Below, piece by piece: positions 53,320 through 64,000 of a stretch of DNA of 64,000 nt; the first letter of the stretch is position 1, and each line of letters begins with the position of its first letter. The translations under genes were made by a program, and so were the position numbers. Source of the DNA: Lama glama (lineage: Eukaryota); NCBI GenBank assembly GCA_028534125.1, contig CM052817.1:56174001-56238000 (forward strand). The letters run 5' to 3'. The notes beneath the pieces were generated by a model. The model had not been told where the DNA came from and ran no database searches. It saw nothing but the letters and a program-made list of their open reading frames with translations.

Positions 53320-54050
53320 ACCTGGAAGTTACAATAACAAAGAAGAATTTCAATAATCCAGAGGAGAGATGATGATAGTATAGACCAGACTAGTAATGAT
53401 GAAGAGGGAGATAAGTAGATAGCTTTAAGGAGCAGCTGCATAAAATGACTCAATAGTACTTTATGATTCATTCTAAGTAGTTATAGAGTGAGAGAGAGTT
53501 GTCTAAGGTGCCTTCCAAGTTGCTCGGTGTCATTTACTGAGATAAAAATATAGGAGGAGGGGCAGCCGTGAGTGGGAAGATTTTAGAAATGTTGAGTTTC
53601 AAGTGGAAATGCTCATCTACCTCTACATAAATATTTAAATAAATGCTTGAAGCCAGGAAATAAGTCTCAAAAGGAGCAACAGATTTTGAAAGAACATTGA
53701 TGGTAACTAAAACCATAGGGATAAATAAAAAGTAGGGGGTTTAGAACAAGAAGGAAGAAGGTTGTGAGGTGGGCAGAGAAAAGAGAGCACTAAAGGAGAC
53801 TGAGAACCAGTGACCAAATAAATAGGACTGAAACAAAGAGAAGGTGATTTCAAAGAAAAGGCAAAGATGGGAATACTTGTCCATTTCAAATGCTTCTGAG
53901 AGATGAAATAAGGTACAGATTGAGTATCATCAATATGGGGTCCAAATATAATCAGTGATCTTGACAAACACAGTATTGGAGGAATGGCTAGACTGAAAGT
54001 GATTGAGAACATAGTGACAAGGAATGGGAGATGAACGAGAGAAAGCAGCT
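53320..54050 (-). mobile_element. LINE-2 fragment, antisense
   Basis: caataatccagaggagagatgatg, catttactgagat, aaatgttgagtttcaag, cagtgatcttgacaa. Confidence 0.7.
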
Positions 54051-54659
54051 GTACTAATCAGAATGCAAACACCACATAAACAATTTGTAGCTTACCGAGA
54101 CTTATGCTGGTATTGTGTGGAAAACACACTTTTCCCAGTGCTGCTTAAGCTAAGATAGTTTATGTACTTAGATCTGTTATATGTCTGCTAATGGCGACTC
54201 AGACTCCCTTGAAATATAAATAAGAGCCTAACATTTACAAATGAGGTTTTTTTTTTAAATTCAAATATCATGGTAAAGTTGATAAATAGCTCAAATGCCT
54301 CAATAAGTATGTCAAATTCAATTACTGATATCTACACTGTATATAGGAAAAGCAAAACACAAGATTGTTCTATTATTTTATTTATGATTGCTTTCATCTA
54401 AAGTTAGAAGACTAAAAAACATCTAAATTCATATTGCATCTTCATAAGTTTTCAATATTGTTATAAATATAATTTCATCTGTCCTTCCTGTATCTTATGG
54501 GACAGATAGAAAATATTATTAACTTTGGCTTAAATAAAATCTGTAAATTGTTTTCCAAACAAATCTATAGTGTACATACATGGGTTAACCCTTAGTAAGC
54601 TGAATTTTTCTAAATTAGACAGTTGAGTGAAAAGCACTACATTCTCCACCTATAAAATA

Positions 54660-55020
54660 TCTAACATTTATTAAATGCTTACTATATTCAAGCATGCATC
54701 AAGCATTTTTATGCATTTTATTAGTTAATCCTCAAACCAACTCTATGTGATGGGTTCTATTATTAAAGGACAAAATTCAGACTTGGGAAGCTCAGGGAAC
54801 TCATTCATTTCACATAATTACTAAATAAAGGATATGAATTAGGAATCCAAATTTATCTGAACTCATTCATTCATTCAATAAATACTGATTCCTTCCCGTT
54901 ATATGCTAAGCACCAATGTGAATTCCTGAGATGTATTAATGAATACAGCGAAGAAATATCTTTCATTGTGCCACTTACTTTCTATTGGGGAAAATCAGAC
55001 TGCAAACAATAAACATTAAA
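54660..55020 (-). mobile_element. MIR followed by LINE-2 3' end, antisense
   Basis: tttattaaatgcttactat...ttaatcctcaaaccaactctatg; cattcattcattcaataaatactga. Confidence 0.7.
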
Positions 55021-55046
55021 TAAATAAATAAGGCAGTAGACTAGAA

Positions 55047-55267
55047 CAGGTGTTGGCAAACGTTTTCGAAAAGGCCAGATAGTAAATATTTCAGGGATTG
55101 CTGAAAATAAGGTCTCTGTTGTAACTGCTGAACTCTGCCATTGTAGTGTGAAATTAGCTATAGATAATATGTAAAAAGATGAGCATGGCTGTGTTCCAAT
55201 AAAACTTAATTTGCAAAACAAGTGAAGAGCTGGATTTGTCCCATAGGCTGTAGTTTGGCAAGCCTTG
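55047..55267 (+). mobile_element. MER58A-like hAT-Charlie MITE, near full length
   Basis: TIR-like ends caggtgttggcaaac / gtttggcaagccttg; flanks gactagaa / tgctagaa (hAT 8-bp TSD, 6/8 identical). Confidence 0.9.
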
Positions 55268-55369
55268 TGCTAGAAAATAATACATTATTGTTTTGTGGAT
55301 TTTTTGTCTTTGTGTGTCTATGTGTGTATGTGTCTTTAGATTCGATGTTTCTCTAGAATCTAGTAATCA

Positions 55370-55865
55370 CATCAATTAATCACTGGACCAAAATAACAAC
55401 CGAAGTTGTTTACATAACCCCTATAATCCAGCTTTCATGGGCAAGTGAAAATCACATTACAAACCCTCTCACCAATCTTGAGTCCATACACCCAGCTACT
55501 TTCTTTATCTAACTCACACACACCAAACCAGCATTTCCCCTGCTGTAAATCCGGGCTTGTTCCAGACACACTAGAGACTATCTCTATACCCCAAGCCTGC
55601 TGACATTATTCAAATTAGCCAAACCTACACAGTTTCCCCTGCTGTTTCCTGCAGAAAATTCATTGAAGGCTCTGAGCCACGTTTTCCTTTCACCCTTTTT
55701 CTGCCTCCTAACTGAACTTGGTGTTTTCCCTATGACCCTGCATAGTGAAGCATAACCTTTTCTCTCAGGAACTGTAAGTAACAAAAATCTTCTTTAATGT
55801 CATTGACTTCTGTGTGTCATAACTCAACCACCAATATAAATCAAAACCCTGATATAAATCAATGC
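55370..55865 (+). mobile_element. Old solo LTR (MER21/MER77-like)
   Basis: attattcaaattagccaaacct...cctgcagaaaattcattgaaggctctg...ggaactgtaagtaacaaaaa. Confidence 0.55.
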
Positions 55866-55894
55866 CTTGGAGAAAAGAAAAAGTATAGTAAATA

Positions 55895-56350
55895 CTTCTG
55901 TTTGACTCCTCCAAAAAGCTGATACTAAGTCAGGAATAGATGCACAAGAAATTGATTGGGAAAGCTTCTGTGAAGGAGAAAGAGGAGGAAGCTAGAGAAG
56001 GCAAGAAGAGCCTTCAAACTGTAATGCAGATCTGACTCTTGCTAAGGGGAGATGGAAGGCGGGAGACTTGAGTAGGAAGAGTCTCCACTGTGACTCAGTT
56101 CTTGGAAAGGTTTGGCTAGTCTGATGGAGAGTTGTTGAACCAAAATCTTCCATTAAAGGGGCCTTCTAGGAATGGGCTGCTATTAAAACTCTGATGATGC
56201 TCGTTTGTTGGCTGGGAGCTGAAGAGACATATGGAGAGAACAGGAGGCCAGAAGTATTGTCAGACGTTGATAGAAAAGGGTAGCAATGTAAACATTAGTC
56301 AATTATGTGCTGATCTGCAAGAGATCTGAGCAGTGCATTTTCATGGCCAA
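55895..56350 (-). mobile_element. Old ERVL-type LTR, family uncertain
   Basis: gagccttcaaactgtaatgcagatctgac and agagatctgagcagtgcatttccatggcc-like text. Confidence 0.5.
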
Positions 56351-56429
56351 AACTTTAAGGAGGTGGTGATGAAGTTATCTGGGAGTGGAGCGAGGATGAC
56401 TATGTTGATCTCAGTGTTAAAAAAAGGTT

Positions 56430-56950
56430 GGTCAGAATAGGATTCATTGAAGAAACTGATATCTGAGCAAAGATTCAAAACAGGAATGGTGTTTGCCAAG
56501 TAGGGAAAGAACACTCGTAGACAGAGAAATCCTCAGGTTAAAACCCCTGAGTACAAAATGTCCCCAGCAAGATCCACAAGCAACAAGGGTATCAGTATGG
56601 CTGGAGCAAAGGTGGTAGGAGAAAGACTGCTGAAGGATATAATGACAGATCATAAAGGACCTTGTACACCATAGTAAGATTTCAGCTTTTACTCTAGATG
56701 AAGGGACCAGGAGGCTAGGACAAATGAGTAAAATGATCTGATTTACATTTTCATTTTTCTGGCTACTGTGTTAAAATACAATGTAGAAGTCAAAGGTAGA
56801 AGCATGGAGGAACAGTTTGGAAGTTCTTACAAGAGTCAAGGCAAGAGAGGATGATGGCTCAGACTAAGGGCCATAGCTATGGAGGTGAATGGTGAAAAGT
56901 GGTAGGATTTTGGACATATTTTGAAGTTAGAACTGACAAGGTGTCCTGAC
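56430..56950 (-). mobile_element. LINE-2 fragment, antisense
   Basis: cagtatggctggagca, ctggctactgtgtt, caaggcaagagaggatgatggct, ggacatattttgaagttagaactgacaag. Confidence 0.8.
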
Positions 56951-57153
56951 CCCAGTACACATGTCCTTATTCATTACATACTACCAAATCAATGTCTTCT
57001 TGTCTGTCTCATCTGCTTTTTTTTTCACTGAAATGATAGTGTTTGTATTCATCAATTCACTCATTCAACTAGCAATGTCTATAAATACTTGTATGAGCCA
57101 AATACATTCTTAGATTCTGAGATAGTAAAACATTGTCCTCAGTTTTAAATAAT

Positions 57154-57410
57154 ATCCTAACATACTCATTATAGGTTACATATAAATGCTATAGATAGAT
57201 GTAGATATAGATGATATCATATGGATACCTGTATAAAGATATGTAAGATATATCTATATATAGATGCCAGATATATATGTAACATCCTAACATATTCCAT
57301 CCATATAGATTATATATGGATGCTATAGACAAATGTAGATATAGATATAGATGATATGATATGGATACTTATATGTAGATATGTAAGATATATCTACATA
57401 TGGATATATG
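57154..57410. repeat. Two-copy tandem duplication, period ~130 bp
   Basis: atcctaacata at 57154 and 57284; shared atgctataga, atgtagatatagat, atatggatac and agatatgtaagatatatcta. Confidence 0.9.
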
Positions 57411-59189
57411 TGAAAGGATAAAGGTGAAGGTAGAGGTGAAATTAGAGTTACAGATAGAGTTATAGAGGTAAAGATTGAGATGATAATAACAATGCAAAAC
57501 CAAATGTGAAGTGTGGGGTGATAGAAGTTTGACTCTGATATGCAAAATATGCAGATATGTCTGCAAAAATGCAGACACTACAAGTTGTCATTTCCACCTG
57601 GATGAATGGACACAGGATATATTCACACACAAAATGGCAAGAACTGAATTTTTAAAACAGATAGCCAAAAAGTAACAGTAGAATGGAGAGAAAGAGGACT
57701 ATGGGCTGATGAGAGAACATAGCAAGCCTTGGGATCAACATGATCAAAGGCATTGAGGCAAGAAGCAGCCTGGGAGGAAGCAAGCGATAAATCCAGAGCT
57801 TAGGCAGGAGCCAAATTATGGAGAAACTTGTAGGATACACTGAGGGGTTTAGGCTTATCCTTTAGTTATTTACAGAACCAGTGAAGTTTTAGGTAGGGAA
57901 TTCAAAAAGATAAGAATTATATTTATAAAAAATCTCTTTGGCAGCAAGCAGTTTAAGATAAGATTCTGTAAGAAGTTACAGAAAGTCCAGAACAAAATAT
58001 ATGCTGCTTTCTTTTTTTCTTGAAAGTGATTACAGTCTAGAATGAGAACTGTATGTGTAAACACTTAAAAGAGAGCATGATAAGTACTAGTGGATATTCT
58101 AGACAATCAGTATCTCACAAATAATACTTAAATATGAATATTATATTTATATAATATGTATTTATATTATATACATATAATACAGATACAGTTTTTCCAG
58201 TAAGGCATAGTAATTCCAAGAAATAAAATAGAAAATCTTATAATAATGACCTTAGTGATACTTTTTCAATTAACAAAAGTAATTATACATTTATTTGAAA
58301 ATGAGAACTTGAACCTTCAAACAGTTTGTTGAAGTGGTAGATGGATTTATGACTTAGGCTGTATCAAAGTAATGAAAACACTAGTTAAGATGACCAATAT
58401 GGTGTTTTTCAGAAACATAAATGCTTTGAAGTCAAACAGATTGATTATATCTGTGATTGCTTTTTCACAGTATAAGAAGATAAAGAAACAGAATCTACAT
58501 GTAGATAGATGCAAAAATTGTAGAACTGCTGGCTTTCATATATTTCTATTTAATGAATCAAGTTTTGTGATATAAATGGATTGATTGAGCATTAATGTTG
58601 AACAAGCCACAAAATCTGGGCTTTAGTTATGGATGAATTTGATATTATTTATCCATGTCCATATGGAAAATTAGGATTACATAAATGATGGATGAATTTT
58701 AAATAAGATATTTTCCTAGGTAGAGTCATACTTCTATTATATTTCTTCCATTCTGTCCTTAAAAAAGCATGGCATTTTAGTTCCAGGAGGAAGAACTAGA
58801 GGTATTATCCAGAATGTGTGACTTCAAGTGTTCAAATTCTTGAGAATATATTTTTATTCTCACTCATATTTGACACTCTCTTTGAACTTTTCCTTTTTTT
58901 CCCCAATAGGCTTTCCTGAATGTTGCTTGAATATCATTCATCCATGCATACAGTAAGAATGTTACTAGTATCTATTATGTTATTATAGGCACTAAGGGTA
59001 CAATGATAACTAAAATATGAAATAATAAATTAAATATGGAATTCATCCTTCTTTTCTTGTGATGGATAAGGAGAAAACAAATTATTACAAAAAAGCTTAA
59101 GAACAGTTGGTGATATAACGTTTTAGAGACTTCTTTTCCTTTTCCTGCACCTTATATATCAGTGTTCCCTTCCTTTGATAGTCTTTTTT

Positions 59190-60200
59190 TCTTACTTCGT
59201 ACACTTATTCCTAGGGAGTGTCATTCAGGAAAGGCTTTAACACCTAAATGTAGGATGCTTTCTACTAAATCTGTACCCAAATTACAAATATCGTTATCCC
59301 TTAGGGAATTCAAATTTAGCCTCTTACAAATGAAATTAAATCTTTAATCTGCTTAATTTCTGTACCCCCTGATTCCCCTCAACCCATCACCAAAACCAAA
59401 TCTGATCTTTCTTCTTTAATTCTTACTGTGATGAATGGCATCATTATACATCAAATGGTTCAAGTTAGAAATCTGAGTCATTTTACAGCCTTTCATCTTT
59501 CTTGAACCCTTCAATTTTTCCCTTTCAAATGCAGCTAACAACTTAAGTTCTCACAGCTCAAACATTTTAATATTTCTATGGTTATTTTTTCATTTCCACT
59601 TATTTTAGCCTAGTTCAGAGTCTCTTATTTCCCTCACTATATTTTTTGCAGAAATCTATGTTAACTACTGCAGTATGATCATTTTTAATAAACACACTTC
59701 ACCAGCTTGACCTCTATTCAAAACTTCTAGTAGCTTTACATTACTTGGATAATAGAAACCTTAATCTCTTTACTCAGTCTTGTGGTCATTATTTGTCTGC
59801 TACAACTGTGCCAATTCTCATCTTTTGTCATTCTATGGCTTAGAATTTATACTTGAGCAATACTGAAATGTTTGCGTACTATTGTGTGCACATAATTTGT
59901 GTGTTCTACTCTCTTGAAGTACCTTATCCCTCTTCTGACTAGAGTGTTTCAACTTCTTCAAAATTATAAGAAACGTCAGTTTTTGCCTTCTTAAACATGC
60001 TCAGGTGGACTTAAGCACTCTTTCTTTTTTCTGTTTCCAAAAAACCTACCACATAAGTGTGATTATATTATGTTGTAATATAACTGTAAGTTCTATGATA
60101 GTAAAAGTGGCTTCTTTCTTTCCAAGAATCATTAAGTCTCAGCTAAAAAAAAAAAGTGGTATAATCATAAAGCATAAAGCTATTTGTTGAGAGAATAAAT
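59190..60200 (+). mobile_element. Diverged LINE-2 fragments
   Basis: gtgatgaatggcatca, caagttagaaatctgagtca, tcaaaacttctagtagct; terminal tatttgttgagagaataaat. Confidence 0.6.
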
Positions 60201-61899
60201 AAAATCTTCAATGTGGTTTGGTTTCCTTATGAATAGATACCATCTCTAGGGTCCTGTGTTTGCATACTTTTTGTCAGGGCTCAACAGAGTGGCACCAGCC
60301 CATGTTCACTTGGTACAGTAGGCTCTCCGTAAGAATGGTTAGATAGCAGTAAGCCACAGTTCAAGCTTACATCAACTAAGTGTGCAAGCTTAGTCAGTCA
60401 TTACTTTTTCTCAAGCCCACATTCCTCTTTTGTAAAATGGGGTTGGTTATCTTTGCCATGCTGACCTCAAATAACTGTCATACAATCCAAATGAAGTAAC
60501 AAATATAAAAATATTTAGGAAAGCAATACAACTCTGTATATGTTTTAAAATATTTTGCCACTGATGTATTTGTCTTTAAAGAGAACTATATGTGAAACAT
60601 ACTGGAGCTATTTGTGTCTCCAGACATATCAGATCTTTGATGTTACAAATTGATGCCTTACAATTGCTACAATAAGAAAAATTCCTCCTGCAAGAATTTA
60701 AAACCACACAAATTAAGATCTTATATTGTTAACAGTGGAAAGGGCAGCCTCCAAATTAAAGTAGAGCCCTGTTTGTGCCACAAATCTATATAACTGTATT
60801 TTAATGAAAGGTAATTAATTGAAGACACATAATGTTTGAATGTTTTATTCTTGATTTTCCCTTTTATCTAAGGGATGTTCCTTCTAAGAAGGAAAATATT
60901 TCTGAATGGTACTGAATCTTTATTTCAGAATTAGCTCACACGCATACATACAGAATAGCAGTTTGTTAAAGATAATGACTTACACCATTTACTAAGATAA
61001 TATTTAATAGACATTTACTAGTATAATTATCAACCAAAATGCAATTTATTATATTATATTGAGTGCCAATATAGAGTGGGTTTAATTTATATGGAAATTT
61101 TTTCTTGATATATTTAAATCATTCTTCATTTACAATCTTATTAAATCTTATTCTTTTGTGTTATTTAACTGGAAGTTATTTTTAAAAGTAAAGTTTCAAA
61201 AGATGATGGTCAATTAATAGCTGAAATCCAAATTAAAGACCCCAAATCTTCTAACCTACATAAAGTCACTGAATTACATTTTGTAAACTATGACCTATGA
61301 GTTTTTTCTGAATTCCAATGTCTTCAAAATAACATTATCTGCAGATCTCTGTCTAATTAGAAATGGCAGTTAATAAAAATTCTTTATATTATGCCACCAA
61401 CTACCAATTTATTTCAGTGTTATATTTCAATAAACTGAACCAAGCGAAGATTTTGCCTGTACAGAAGTGGCCTTGCCTATCATGATAAGCAGCTGAAAAA
61501 CACACATAAGCTGTTTGAACCCGGCAGAATCCATCTGGTGAACCATCTGTATGAGGACTCACAAAAATTATATCCCATCTGTTGTTTCATTTTTGCTAAG
61601 ATTGCCAACTTGTCCTTGCTCCATTATCTAACTATTTTTCCCTCCCTGTGGACCTCGTCTGTACATTTGCTTTTATTCCCCATTGGCACCATATATCTAA
61701 TTTCCAAAGCACTCTCCTCATTCTTGAAGGGAATTAATTTATGCGTTTAATTTATGCAACTGAGAATCCAAAAGAATTGCAGTAATATCATAGTGTTGTT
61801 AGAAAATAAGTGCATTATTATAAACACCAATTTCTGCCTGGTAAAACCTAAATATATAACATCTTGCCAAATTAACTAATTTCATGTCAGTATAATGTT

Positions 61900-62350
61900 T
61901 AAGTATAATGTTTATCTGATCATCTCTCCCTCCTCTAATCTATTCTCCATTCTACAACATAATATTACTTTCTGAAACATTCCTGTTGTCCCATTTCCTC
62001 CAATCAACACCCTCAATGATTTTTCCGTATCTCCCAAGATAAACTCCCTTAAGATTTTAGCTCAAGTTCTCAGTTCTTCATAAAAGCTTTCTTCACTACA
62101 CCTTGTGGTCATTGTAGGCACAGTCCATACTGGTAATATTCACTTAGTGCTTCCTCCACTATCTTGACCTATGTTGTCAACATGGTTCTTGCATTTACAT
62201 TTATTTCTTATATTTTCATTATTTTTCTTGCCGTATGTCTTGTATCCACAAGAGGATATGAAGCTTCAGAGATCTGGGACAATGTTCCAGTTTGGGTTCT
62301 TTAACATGTGCATAAAGAGCCCTATCTGCTTGAAATATTTTTGTCTAAGG
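61900..62350 (+). mobile_element. Diverged LINE-2 3' fragment
   Basis: ctctaatctattctcca, ttttagctcaagt, ggatatgaagcttcagagatctgggac. Confidence 0.55.
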
Positions 62351-63139
62351 CATTAAAATTTAGTAAGTAACATATTTTGATTCTATTAGAGTGAAGGTAA
62401 ATTTTAAAAATAAAGAATTATGCTCTCTTTGAGAAACTTCAAAATCTGTGTCTACGGACACCCACTAGAAAGGAAGTGCTACTCTTGGTAAAGCATATTT
62501 GCTCTGTTCTGACCCTGGCTTCAGGATAAACACCAGCTGCATTTGCTCTGGACTTTTTGAAATGACAGCGTGATCCACATACCTCCTAAAAGTTAGTCTC
62601 TGTTCAACTGTGTAGAGATGAAACTGCATTTTGGGAATTGTCCAAGAATAAGACATGTTTTCATCATACAAGACCACATCTGAGGCCAAAGACCTTAATA
62701 GAAAACTATAGTAGTTGATCTCTATCTATGTGTGTCTCTCTCTTTATCTGTATGTAAAGCAGTATACCTTTGTTTCTATATCAACTTAGACCACAAGTGT
62801 ATCAACAGAAAAATACGTGTAGGTGTGAACAGTTATAAATAAATTTAAAAATTATAAAATAGGCCTGGAGTCAATGCATAAGCACAGTTATGAAGAATAA
62901 AGACCTGTGTTTCTAAGTAGAATAAAACGTCACCATCTGAAGACCTGAGAGGAACCACATGCATTCAAAAGGAAAATCAATAGTTTTATGTATTCCATTG
63001 TGAAACAGCACTCAATTTTCTAAATATGCATATGCCTTGGAAATTAGGAAGAGACATGTAAAATCATTACAGCAAGGTTACTGACTTTTTGAACAGCAAG
63101 AATTATTAAATCACACAAGAAATTACTATGATCACCTAC

Positions 63140-63350
63140 TCAGAGTGGCTTTCCCTGACCACCATCTTTAAAGTAGCATTACCTGTCATTTTCTGGTAAC
63201 TCATTCTTATTATTATTCATAATATTTATCAAGATACGATTTTTAATTTATTTTTAAGTTGCTTATCTCTTTGCTGTCTTTCTTGCACTAGAATATAAAC
63301 TTCCTGAGAGTAGAGGCTTCACTTTGTTCCCTTTTGTCCCCACACTTGGC
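63140..63350 (+). mobile_element. LINE-2 3' fragment
   Basis: tcagagtggctttccctgaccaccatc...cactagaatataaacttcctgagagtagagg. Confidence 0.7.
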
Positions 63351-64000
63351 CCAAATATACTTAGTTTTATCTAAGAAATGAGCAACGAGGATCCCTGAGA
63401 GTGTCGATTTTTTTCTATTTAAGGACCCATCCCAATCCTGCATTCTAAACTCAATTCATACTCCTACTGAGTCACTAGTTCTAAGTCCAATTTAGCTTTT
63501 GTCTTAAATTATTTTAAATAACCATGTGAATATTGTTCATATACCCCAGCCTTTCCGGCAGACAGTGGGAATAGCATCACAATAATTAAAATCACACATT
63601 TCTCCTCTCCACAATACAAAAGATAAGATGTCTTCAGCTTCCTGCCAGTAATTTTCTAAACCTCCAGGGTTATGTTGCAAATATGTTTCATGAACCAATT
63701 ATTTGAGCCCATCTCCCTCTAACTCCAGGTCTCTGTGATACTGGTGTAGCTTGTTACTCTTAATGACAAAAGCAGGGGCAGGAATGCCACTGATCTAATG
63801 GAGCCTTCCAAGAGTGACAAGGGCTCTGTCATTGGACTCCATCAAAGGAGACACTCCTGTACCTGTGGTGGTCGCCAGAGCACTGATCCCCAAGGCTTCT
63901 GCCAGAAGTTGTTTGCATTAAGTATCATAATGGAGCTGCTAATGCCCAATATTGAGCGTGCTGACGTTTGTCTTGTGTTATTGCTGAAATCAGTGTTGTG

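Noticed and set aside
62465..62689. Minus-strand 74-aa ORF
   Set aside because: Non-ATG start and no recognised family.
1..64000. CRISPR array, operon or other prokaryotic-type system
   Set aside because: The sequence is mammalian, with no repeat-spacer arrays or dense ORFs.

Overview
AT-rich, apparently gene-poor eutherian genomic DNA. I recognise no cellular protein-coding exon, and every interpretable ORF in the track is a transposon remnant or noise. Two tRNA-Ala-derived SINEs and cetartiodactyl-type L1 3' UTRs, with no Alu, B1, Bov-tA or PRE-1 seen, suggest a camelid (inference). Much of the window is old interspersed repeat: L1, L2, MIR, MaLR/ERVL/ERV1 LTRs and hAT-Charlie DNA elements. 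The main feature is a ~3.4 kb internally deleted class I (gamma-like) endogenous retrovirus at ~19596-23032, with 5' LTR, degenerate PBS, decayed RNase H end plus integrase, PPT and 3' LTR. Its two LTRs have aged very differently. The 5' LTR has about 7 CpGs. The 3' LTR has about 36 CpGs, a perfect YY1 motif, a CCAAT box and an intact AATAAA, and is the only CpG-island-like segment in the window, so it is a candidate exapted, germline-unmethylated promoter. Repeat family names and boundaries were assigned by eye and are approximate. I found no evidence for a new multi-gene system.
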